Part shown: piece by piece, positions 56,546 through 64,000 of the stretch | Numbering within the stretch: the first letter of the stretch is position 1 | Layout of the letters: each line of letters begins with the position of its first letter | DNA from: Pirellulaceae bacterium | Lineage (GTDB): Bacteria > Planctomycetota > Planctomycetia > Pirellulales > Pirellulaceae | Assembly (NCBI GenBank): GCA_032116735.1 | Contig: JAUMAK010000005.1 | Span: forward strand, 12,418 to 76,417 | DNA: 64,000 nt | Direction of reading: 5' to 3' | The notes under the pieces: model-generated | What the model was told of the DNA's origin: nothing | Databases searched by the model: none | The model's input: only the letters and a program-made list of their open reading frames with translations | Made by a program: the position numbers and the translations under genes

Positions 56546-57176
56546 CGATCGGCTCGGGGGTGGGAGGGCTATCCGATCCTAACGGTAGCAACGATGAAGC
56601 CTAAGGGTACCAGCTTCGCCGGCGGAATTTAACCGCCTTCTCCGCACCCGAGCCCGAAAGGGGCGAAACTCGCCCCCGGCAGGCCGGTTTAAAAGCGTGG
56701 CCGAAGGGGCCGAGCCGGCTGCCCATGAAAGTGTACGAAGGTTGATCGGCTTTGGCGATTTCTCTTCGTGCCGGAGCCGTTATCGGGTATGATTCGGTGA
56801 TCGCCTACGTGGAATGATCGCTCGGGCGGAAATTGCTGTCCGCTGGTTGATTCTCTGGGCCGCGGTGCCGACCCGATGCCGATTCCCCAAATTGACGACC
56901 CGAACTGACTGCCCAACCCGATATCCCTGGGCCGAGCGGTGTGCCGCGGATGGGTGGGTTGCCACTGGGCGATTCCCTTAAAAATCCCACATCCGTCGGC
57001 GAAGCGGTCGGGTTTGGGCTCGCCAGGGATCGCGGTCGCCGGGCAAGATAACCCCGGCGGCGGTTCCGAAGACCGAGGAATGATGCGAGGCGGCCCTTGA
57101 AGGGTGCCGATCATCTTCCTACCCACCTTAAGTTTCATCCCCCCCCATTCGGCCCTCCATTCATCGAGTAAAAGCC

Positions 57177-59054
57177 ATGCGAACCTTTGAACGAGGAACC
57201 GGAAGCCGTGCCGCCGGGCGCAATCGCGGCGGTATCCTGATCAGCTTACTCTTGGCTTTAGCCGTTTTGGCCGGGCTCGGTTGGGGCGGCTATCGTGCCT
57301 GGCAGCGCAATGCCGAAGCGGAAGTCGCCCCCGATCTGATTGTCGACCAGGTCACCCGCGGTTCCTTTGACCACATTGTCCTTGAGCAGGGCGAGTTGGA
57401 GAGTAGCAAGAACGTTGACGTGCTCTGCGAGGTCCGCGCCCGCAGCGGCGGCGCCGGAACCCCCATCCTGTGGGTGGTGGCGGAGGGGACCGCGGTCAAG
57501 AAAGGAGAAAAGCTTGTTGAACTGGATGCCTCGGCCCTGAAAACCGCCCTGCGAGACAAAAAGATCGTCGTGATCGGCGCCGAGGCGCAGGTAGCGGCGG
57601 CGGAGGCGGCGGTCGAGCAGGCCAAGATCACCCGCCAGGAGTACCTCGAGGGGCTTTACCAGACCGAAGAACGGACGATCCAAAGCGAAATGGCGGTTGC
57701 CCAGCAGGGCCTACGCAAGGCACAGCTCGAACTGCAAAGCACCGAACGTTTGGTCGCGCGGGGCTTGGTGAAGTCGTTGCAACTCGAAGCGGACCAATTC
57801 GCCGTCGCCAATAATCAGAACCAGCTCGAATCGGCCGAAAACCGGCTGCGGGTACTGCAGAACCTGACCAAACAAAAGATGCTGGTCGAGCTCGACAGCA
57901 AGATCAATGCGGCCGAAGCCCAGCTCGCCGCGGCGGTCGGATCCCTCGAGGAAGAGCAGACCGATCTCAAGGACATCGAAACCCAGATCGAGCTCTGCAC
58001 GATCTATGCCCCTTCTGACGGTGTCGTGACCCATGCCAACGTCTACAGCAGCCGTGGCGGCAGCGCCGAGGTCGTGATCGAAGCGGGTACGGTCGTCCGC
58101 GAACGTCAGACGTTGATCCGGCTTCCGGACCCGAAGCTGATGCAGGTTCGCGCCAAGGTCAACGAATCACGCATCACCCTGATCGACCAAGGGATGCCGG
58201 CGAAGATCCGGGTTGACGCCATCCCCGGGATGGAATTGTTGGGACGGGTCATACGGGTCAATCGCTATGCCGAACCGGGGAGTTGGTTCAGCACCTCCGT
58301 CAAAGAGTATGCCACCATCATCGAAATCATCGATCCTCCCCCGACGATTCGGACCGGGATGACCGCCGAGGCCCAGATCTTCGTCAAGCAGATCCCCAAC
58401 GCCGTCCAGGTCCCGATCCAGGCCATCTACGAGCATGGCGGCCTGACCTACAGCCTAGTGCAGAAGGGAGACAAGTTCGAAACCCGCCCGGTCAAGATCC
58501 TTGCGACGAATGAGAAGCGGGCGGCCATCGAGGAAGGTTTGCAAGAGAACGAAACGGTGGTTTTGAACCTTCGCCAGAATATTGCCCTGATGAAGTTGCC
58601 GGAGCTGAAGCCGTCGGAAGAGGACGCGATGCTCGCCAAGCGTGTCTCAGATGCCGCTGGTCCGCTCCCTGAGTCGCCTAGCCCCCGCGGCGGGGCCGGC
58701 CAGGTCGGCCCTGGAGGCCCGGCAGGAGCGGCTGCTGCCGGTGGTCGACCCGGCGGCCCGGGTCCCGGTGGGGCGGGTGGACCCGGTGCGGCGGGAGGTG
58801 GTCGTCCCGGAGGTTTCGGTGGACCAGGTGCAGCGGGTGGTGGCGGTGGACGTCCCGAGGGGGTCGGCCCGCCCGCGGGGGGCGGTCGCCCTGCTGGTGG
58901 GCCCCCGGCGCAGCGACCAGGTACTGCCGCCCAGGCGAGCCAGGAAGCCGGTGCCGAGTCGTCTGATGCCACCGCAGGGACCGAGGGGAAGAAACGTTCC
59001 TTCCTCGATCGCATCTCGGAAGTTCGCCAAGGCGAGGAAAAATCGAGTGAGTGA
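57177..59054 (+). CDS. HlyD/MacA-type periplasmic adaptor (membrane fusion protein) with a Gly/Pro-rich C-terminal tail
   Basis: 625 aa. N-terminal TM (ILISLLLALAVLAGLGWGG). Lipoyl/beta-barrel segments flank a long alpha-hairpin (AEAQVAAAEAAVEQAKITRQEYL...). ELCTIYAPSDGVVTHANV. A ~130-aa tail is rich in GGRPGG-type repeats. Confidence 0.85.
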   Translation: MRTFERGTGSRAAGRNRGGILISLLLALAVLAGLGWGGYRAWQRNAEAEVAPDLIVDQVTRGSFDHIVLEQGELESSKNVDVLCEVRARSGGAGTPILWVVAEGTAVKKGEKLVELDASALKTALRDKKIVVIGAEAQVAAAEAAVEQAKITRQEYLEGLYQTEERTIQSEMAVAQQGLRKAQLELQSTERLVARGLVKSLQLEADQFAVANNQNQLESAENRLRVLQNLTKQKMLVELDSKINAAEAQLAAAVGSLEEEQTDLKDIETQIELCTIYAPSDGVVTHANVYSSRGGSAEVVIEAGTVVRERQTLIRLPDPKLMQVRAKVNESRITLIDQGMPAKIRVDAIPGMELLGRVIRVNRYAEPGSWFSTSVKEYATIIEIIDPPPTIRTGMTAEAQIFVKQIPNAVQVPIQAIYEHGGLTYSLVQKGDKFETRPVKILATNEKRAAIEEGLQENETVVLNLRQNIALMKLPELKPSEEDAMLAKRVSDAAGPLPESPSPRGGAGQVGPGGPAGAAAAGGRPGGPGPGGAGGPGAAGGGRPGGFGGPGAAGGGGGRPEGVGPPAGGGRPAGGPPAQRPGTAAQASQEAGAESSDATAGTEGKKRSFLDRISEVRQGEEKSSE

Positions 59055-59904
59055 AACCCAGGTCGAACCGTACCGCGCCCCTGGCTCGGGGGTCTCCCCG
59101 GCGTTCGCGTCGGTCCTGAGCTATTCGTCACCCAAGTCGCTGGGCGATTCGGTCCCTGCCGTATCGATTCGCGATCTCAAGAAGTCCTACGTCCTAAAGA
59201 GCGAGACGGTCCATGCGCTGCGTGGCGTATCGTTCGACGTCCCCGAGGGGGATTACGTCGCGATCATGGGGCCTTCCGGTTCCGGCAAGAGCACGCTGCT
59301 TAACCTGTTGGGATGCCTCGACAAGCCAACGAGTGGCCACTTTTATCTCGGCACCGACGATGTCGCATCGATGAATGACGACCAGTTGGCAGAAATCCGC
59401 AGCCAACGCATCGGTTTTGTCTTTCAGTCTTACAACCTGATCCAGCAGTACACCGTCGTCGAAAACATCCTCGTCCCGCTCTATTACCAGGGGCGTTCGG
59501 GCCCGGCCGAAAAGCAGCGGGCGATCGAATTGGCCCGCTCCGTAGGTCTGGGCGAGCGGTTGGACCAGCGCCCGATGCAACTCTCCGGTGGCCAGCAGCA
59601 ACGTGTCGCGATCGCCCGTAGCCTGATGAACGACCCGTACTTCATCCTCGCCGACGAGGCGACCGGTAACCTCGACTCGGTCACGACCGAAGAAATCCTG
59701 AACCTCTTCGACGCGCTCAACAATCAGGGTCGCACGATCATCATGGTGACGCACGAAGACGAAGTCGCCGCACGTGCCAAACGTGTCGTTCGGCTCGCCG
59801 ACGGGCTATTGTCGAGCGACCGGCTCAACAGCGAGGAGAGCCGGCAGGAGGCGCGGCGTCGTCAGCACGAAAATATTTTGGCCCTGGCCCAGCGTAAGGT
59901 TTGA
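59047..59904 (+). CDS. ABC transporter ATP-binding protein (MacB/LolD-type)
   Basis: Long ORF 58642..59904, whose 5' part overlaps the adaptor tail. There is no in-frame ATG before the Walker A, so I propose GTG 59047 (overlapping the upstream stop); the start is uncertain. Walker [11 protein letters not shown]-loop, signature [14 protein letters not shown], Walker [12 protein letters not shown]. Confidence 0.85.
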   Translation: MSETQVEPYRAPGSGVSPAFASVLSYSSPKSLGDSVPAVSIRDLKKSYVLKSETVHALRGVSFDVPEGDYVAIMGPSGSGKSTLLNLLGCLDKPTSGHFYLGTDDVASMNDDQLAEIRSQRIGFVFQSYNLIQQYTVVENILVPLYYQGRSGPAEKQRAIELARSVGLGERLDQRPMQLSGGQQQRVAIARSLMNDPYFILADEATGNLDSVTTEEILNLFDALNNQGRTIIMVTHEDEVAARAKRVVRLADGLLSSDRLNSEESRQEARRRQHENILALAQRKV

Positions 59905-59910
59905 TCGCTC

Positions 59911-61233
59911 ATGCTCTGGTTGCGAACCTGGAAACTCGGTGTCAAAAGCCTGCTGCTGCACCCCTTGCGTAGCGGCCTGACGATGCTCGGGATCTTGATC
60001 GGCGTGTGGGCCGTTATCGTCTTGACCGCGATCAGCCAAGGTGCCAGCGACGTCGTCCAGAAGCAGATCGAGTCATTGGGGGCCAACACGATCATCGTCC
60101 GCAGCGTCAAGCCACCCCCGGAAAAGATGTCAGGCCGTGCCGCACTCTACGGGCTAAAGCGGAGCGATCTCGATCTGATCCTTTCGAACGTCCCGACGAT
60201 CGATGGCGCGTTGCCGATCCGAGAGATTCGTCGACAGTTCACCTATCGCGACAAGCAGGTCGATGGCCGCCTCGTCGGTTGCACCCCGGAATACGCCGAG
60301 ATCAACCGCCTCAAGGTTCGCAGCGGGCGTTTCCTGGCTGATGCCGATGACTTGCAAGGGGACAACGTCTGCGTGTTGGCAGCACAGGTCGCCGAGCGAC
60401 TATTCCCTTACGAGGAACCGCTAGGCAAACGGGTCTATGTCCCCGAGAGTTACCACTACTACCGCGTCGTCGGGGTCTTGGAGCATCGCAACGCCTCCGC
60501 CGCGATCGGCGGTTCGCTCGACTCGCAAGACTTCTCCAGCGACGTCTACATCCCCATTAAAACGCTCCGCCAAAGGGTGGGTGATACGGTCGTCACACGC
60601 AGGGCCGGCCAGTTCGAAACGGAGATCATGGAGCTGAACCAGATCACCCTGCAGGTGCAGGACGTCGACAAGGTGCGAACCACCGCCGCGATGATCGAAT
60701 CGCTCGTCATGCCCGGGCACGCCGCTATGCGGGACGTGGCGGTCGTCGTCCCGTTGGAGTTGCTCGAACAAGCCCGTAACCTGCGGCTGATGTTCTTGGG
60801 GATCGGCGTCTTGATCGCTTGTATCTCGCTCGTCGTCGGCGGGATCGGCATCATGAACATCATGCTAGCCAGCGTGACCGAACGGACACGAGAGATCGGA
60901 ATCCGGCGGGCGTTAGGTGCGAAGCGGAAAGACATTATCCAGCAGTTCTTGGTCGAGACGATCGTTCTCAGTTTTTCTGGGGCCGCATTGGGGATTGTGC
61001 TTGGGTTTCTCGGTCCCCCGATCTACCGCGGGATGTTGTTCGCCTTAGAGAAGACGTCCCCTGAAAAGTTCGCCTCATTACCCGAAGCGATTCGCCAGGC
61101 GGAGCCGTCCATCGTCTACGCCACGATCCCATTGGCGGTCGGCATCGCCGTAGCGGTCGGGCTGATCAGCGGCCTGTATCCCGCGATCCGTGCGGCCAAT
61201 ATGAATCCCATCGACGCCTTGCGGCACGAGTGA
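59911..61233 (+). CDS. ABC transporter permease, MacB-like (periplasmic core domain plus FtsX)
   Basis: 440 aa. N-terminal TM (LRSGLTMLGILIGVWAVIVLTAI), a ~230-aa periplasmic domain, and a C-terminal FtsX-type 3 TM with ERTREIGIRRALGAKRKDI. Confidence 0.88.
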   Translation: MLWLRTWKLGVKSLLLHPLRSGLTMLGILIGVWAVIVLTAISQGASDVVQKQIESLGANTIIVRSVKPPPEKMSGRAALYGLKRSDLDLILSNVPTIDGALPIREIRRQFTYRDKQVDGRLVGCTPEYAEINRLKVRSGRFLADADDLQGDNVCVLAAQVAERLFPYEEPLGKRVYVPESYHYYRVVGVLEHRNASAAIGGSLDSQDFSSDVYIPIKTLRQRVGDTVVTRRAGQFETEIMELNQITLQVQDVDKVRTTAAMIESLVMPGHAAMRDVAVVVPLELLEQARNLRLMFLGIGVLIACISLVVGGIGIMNIMLASVTERTREIGIRRALGAKRKDIIQQFLVETIVLSFSGAALGIVLGFLGPPIYRGMLFALEKTSPEKFASLPEAIRQAEPSIVYATIPLAVGIAVAVGLISGLYPAIRAANMNPIDALRHE

Positions 61234-61248
61234 TTGCGGGAGAGGTGG

Positions 61249-62457
61249 TCAGGGCCACCTTCTGACGTTGGGCCGGGATCGGAACGAAGAGGCGGTGGCC
61301 ACCAAGGCAGCGATCGCCGCACCGGCACCGGCACCATAGGCCGTGCCACGCAACAAGTGCTGCTCGAACGGCAGGCCATAGGGGACCCCGGGGGATGGGG
61401 CTTTCAGGATGAACAGCTCACCGTTTTGTCGCTTGGCTTCCTCTCGCTTCTCGGCCCCCTTCGACAGCCCCAACGCTTTGACCGCCGCGTCGTAGTCCGC
61501 CTGCAAGACATCAAGCTTCTGCTTGTATTCCTGTTCCTTGACCGACTCCTGCTGCCTGCGGATGGTGGTCTCGCGAAGCCTCGCGATTTGCATGTCGAGT
61601 TGTTCAAGCTTCATCGTCTCCGTCGCGATCTCTTCGCGAAGCGACGTGATCAAACGACGGATTTGCGTCAGCACCTGCTCCTGGTCGAGCGCCGCGAGTT
61701 GTGTAGAGATCTCGTCACCCGTTTCACCTCGCAACAGGCTGAGCAACTTGACAACCGGTTCCTCCTTTTCTTTCGCCTCGGCCGCGTTGGTCAACCGCTT
61801 TTGAAACCCCTGGATGCGGGTCGCGATTTCGGCCCGTTCCTCTTCGATCGCGGTGAGCTCCCTCTTAAGGTCATCAACGCTCCGCCCGTCGACGGTCAGT
61901 TTGTCGAATTCACGTCGCCATTCCCGGTATTCCTTCTCGGCCTGTTCCAGCACATCCAGGCGTTGGTCCATCTCGGAGAGCTTCTGTTTGGTCGTTTCCA
62001 AATCTGTCGGCTCTTCGTTTTTCGTCTCGGGGAAATGCTGTTGCTGAAAGGCCTTCAGAAGGTTTTCCAAAAACGCTTGCGGACGCTGTGGTTCGAGGTC
62101 ATCCTTCGTCGCCCTGATCAGGATCTCGGTCAACGAAAAGCTAACGGTCTCGACGGCGAAGTTCTTGCCGGCGCGGAAATCGAGCAGCGCCAGTTCGATC
62201 TCGGGGCTGTTGTTCTCTAAGCCCCCCAAGATCAAGGCTTCCCGAACCGTCGTTTCGGAGCGGAGCAATTCCGGCATCCTTCCCAGTTGCCCTGCGGGGG
62301 GTGACGTCCCGTTTTCCGGCGCGGGGGGCACGGTGATCCGAAGGTCGGCAGTCGAACGAAATCTTTTCGGCTGGCTGAGCCCCTGCAAGTAGCCGTAACC
62401 TGTGCCGACCAATGTCCCGATCGCCAGCAAGGCCAACAGTCTTAGGGGTGATGGCAT
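61249..62457 (-). CDS. polysaccharide co-polymerase (Wzz/GumC-like chain-length determinant) family protein
   Basis: ORF 61249..62592. Start moved to ATG 62457 (MPSPLRLLALLAIGTLVGTGYGYL, TM1). Long periplasmic coiled-coil, a Pro-containing segment before TM2 (FILKAPSPGVPYGLP), and a C-terminal TM (AYGAGAGAAIAALVATA). Confidence 0.55.
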   Translation of the reverse strand: MPSPLRLLALLAIGTLVGTGYGYLQGLSQPKRFRSTADLRITVPPAPENGTSPPAGQLGRMPELLRSETTVREALILGGLENNSPEIELALLDFRAGKNFAVETVSFSLTEILIRATKDDLEPQRPQAFLENLLKAFQQQHFPETKNEEPTDLETTKQKLSEMDQRLDVLEQAEKEYREWRREFDKLTVDGRSVDDLKRELTAIEEERAEIATRIQGFQKRLTNAAEAKEKEEPVVKLLSLLRGETGDEISTQLAALDQEQVLTQIRRLITSLREEIATETMKLEQLDMQIARLRETTIRRQQESVKEQEYKQKLDVLQADYDAAVKALGLSKGAEKREEAKRQNGELFILKAPSPGVPYGLPFEQHLLRGTAYGAGAGAAIAALVATASSFRSRPNVRRWP

Positions 62458-62501
62458 CGGGGGGCTCCGTGGGGGAGGGAATGATTGCGGGGCGGCCGAA
62501 A

Positions 62502-63515
62502 TTACCTTTGGGTGGCGGTGCGACGCAGAGGACGCCACCACTCCGGGCGAGCCGTGTACCAGCGGATCGTCTGCTCGAGCGCCGCAGGCCAAGCGGAGCG
62601 GGTCGGGCGCCAGTCGAGCTCGCGAGCGATTTTCGTGGCATCGATCGCGTAGCGTCGATCATGGCCAGGACGATCGGCGACGTAGCGGATCGATGTCTCG
62701 TCCTTGCCCATCAACGCGATGATGGTGCGGGTCAGTTCGAGGTTGGATCGCTCATTATTGCCACCGATGTTGTAAACCTCACCCGCCGCGCCCGCTTCCA
62801 GGACCCTCAACAGCGCCTCGCAGTGGTCTTCGACATGCAACCAGTCGCGAACGTTCAGCCCGTCGCCATAGAGGGGGACTTGCTCCCCTTCGAGCAGGTT
62901 GGTGACGAAGAGCGGGATCACCTTCTCGGGGTATTGATAAGGGCCAAAGTTATTCGAACATCGCGTCACCGCAACGTTCAACCCGTGGGTGTGGTGGTAA
63001 GCCAGGGCGAGCAAATCGCTTCCGGCTTTGCTCGCGCTGTAGGGGCTGTTGGTGTGCAGCGGCGTTTGTTCGGTGAACTGAAGGTCGGGCCGATCGAGCG
63101 GCAGAGAGCCGTAGACTTCGTCGGTGCTGACGTGCAAAAATCGTTTCGGGCTACCTTTGCCCCAAACCGATAGGGCCGCATCGAGCAGGGTTTGCGTCCC
63201 CAGCACGTTCGACTCGATGAACGGGCGAGAATTGACGATCGACCGATCGACGTGGCTTTCGGCCGCCAAATGAGCGACGGCATCGCAATCCACGAGCAGC
63301 CTTTCGACCAACTCGCGGTCGAGGATGTTGCCGTGCACGAAACGGTAGTGCGGATCACTTACCAGGTCGGCGAGGTTCGCCGGGTTGCCGGAGTAAGTGA
63401 GCGCGTCCAGATTGGTGATGATCCAGTCCGGACGGGCGGCGCGGACGAACCGAACAAGGTTCGACCCAATGAACCCACAACCGCCGGTGATCAAAAGGTG
63501 GCGGATCGGGGTCAA
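62502..63515 (-). CDS. rfbB: dTDP-glucose 4,6-dehydratase
   Basis: 337 aa. TTG start overlapping the upstream stop (TTGA). Rossmann motif LITGGCGFIGSN, SDR catalytic YSASKAGSD, and the typical C-terminus RYAIDATKIARELDWRP. Confidence 0.92.
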   Translation of the reverse strand: MTPIRHLLITGGCGFIGSNLVRFVRAARPDWIITNLDALTYSGNPANLADLVSDPHYRFVHGNILDRELVERLLVDCDAVAHLAAESHVDRSIVNSRPFIESNVLGTQTLLDAALSVWGKGSPKRFLHVSTDEVYGSLPLDRPDLQFTEQTPLHTNSPYSASKAGSDLLALAYHHTHGLNVAVTRCSNNFGPYQYPEKVIPLFVTNLLEGEQVPLYGDGLNVRDWLHVEDHCEALLRVLEAGAAGEVYNIGGNNERSNLELTRTIIALMGKDETSIRYVADRPGHDRRYAIDATKIARELDWRPTRSAWPAALEQTIRWYTARPEWWRPLRRTATQR

Positions 63516-64000
63516 TTCTTATCAGCGTCCGAGTTGAGAGAGAGTTCCAGTTGGGCCTTGCGACCACGAACCGTAACGGTCCGAGATTTCGAAGCGCCAA
63601 GATACTCGTCGCTTGCGCTATGGCCATAGCCATACCCATAACCGTAGCCATAACCGTAGCTGTAATCTCCGCCGTAAGACGATGCGGCCGATGCGTAAGT
63701 CGCCGAGTAGGCGGTATCGCCGATGGCGTTAACGACAACACCGATCGTGTTGACCTGCAGGTTCTTTAGGAGCTGAACGGCCTTTTGGGACGACGGCTTG
63801 CAGTTTCTGCCGATTCGCATCACGAACAAGACGCCATCCACCTGCGAGCTGATGTTGCTCGCGTCGGTGCAGGCGAGCAACGGCGGCGAATCGATGATGA
63901 TTAGGTCATACTCGGTTCGCAAGTCATCGATGACCCCGCCGAACTCGGGGAGCATCAACGCCTCGGCCGGGTTGTTCGGCATCGGTCCGGTGGTCAACAG
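63512..64000 (-). CDS. BY-kinase (CpsD/CapB/Wzc-type tyrosine autokinase), C-terminal part only; gene continues beyond the window
   Basis: The frame is open to nt 64000. DLIIIDSPPLL (Walker B-like), VDGVLFVMRIG, VNTIGVVVNAI, then the C-terminal tyrosine cluster YSATYASAASSYGGDYSYGYGYGYGYGYGHSASDEY. Confidence 0.7.
   Translation of the reverse strand: MLTTGPMPNNPAEALMLPEFGGVIDDLRTEYDLIIIDSPPLLACTDASNISSQVDGVLFVMRIGRNCKPSSQKAVQLLKNLQVNTIGVVVNAIGDTAYSATYASAASSYGGDYSYGYGYGYGYGYGHSASDEYLGASKSRTVTVRGRKAQLELSLNSDADKN

Noticed and set aside
58642-59046. 5' extension of the ABC ATPase ORF, overlapping the adaptor tail in another frame
   Set aside because: The extension is Pro/Arg/Val-rich and is generated by the GGN/CCN repeat of the adaptor tail. 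ABC ATPases of this type begin ~30-40 aa before the Walker A, so a GTG near 59047 is preferred.
63600-63665. Periodic 6-nt DNA repeat (CCATAN-like), checked as a possible satellite or CRISPR-like array
   Set aside because: It is in frame within the BY-kinase gene and simply encodes the YGYGYGYGYGYG tyrosine cluster. There is no spacer/repeat organisation.
1-64000. Search for mobile elements, prophage, integrase, toxin-antitoxin pairs, CRISPR arrays, rRNA or tRNA
   Set aside because: No ORF shows transposase (DDE), integrase (R-H-R-Y), phage structural or Cas signatures. I saw no long terminal or inverted repeats and no spaced direct repeats. The window looks like core chromosome.

Overview
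High-GC (about 60% or more by spot counts) chromosomal segment whose gene content points to a Planctomycetota (Pirellulales-like) genome. Hallmark families are present: a DUF1559 protein (prepilin-type N-terminus plus H-X9-DG), DUF1501, DUF1549/DUF1553-like proteins, prenyltransferase/squalene-oxidase-repeat (alpha/alpha-toroid) proteins and an ECF sigma factor. I call about 45 protein-coding genes, densely packed on both strands. I recognised no rRNA, tRNA, CRISPR, transposase, integrase or phage genes. Housekeeping genes are recG, recJ, lexA, rpmG (54 aa, found by hand below the ORF-track cutoff), folE, dcd, cysE, uppP, rfbB, htrA, a dksA-like gene and two tandem purine nucleoside phosphorylases. 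There is also a MacAB-like ABC efflux module, and an exopolysaccharide cluster runs off the right edge. Many long ORFs in the track are antisense shadows of real genes, as expected at this GC content, and were rejected. Two envelope operons of unknown function look most worth follow-up. (1) 5654-13116 (-): giant TPR protein, ExbB, ExbD, then in the tonB/tolA position a 3-TM, Pro-rich protein ending in an alpha/alpha-toroid domain. (2) 32317-43597 (-): five translationally coupled genes, namely a BatA-like VWA protein, a 1910-aa TM/coiled-coil giant, a secreted toroid protein, a single-TM protein and a PQQ-like beta-propeller. Also notable are an ECF sigma/anti-sigma pair whose sensor domain is homologous to the adjacent DUF1549/1553 protein, a (GGTGAAG)x4 G-tract repeat directly upstream of a voltage-gated K+ channel gene, and tandem PNP paralogues differing at the base-specificity residue (Asp vs Asn). 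All functional calls rest on motifs read by eye; no database search was possible.
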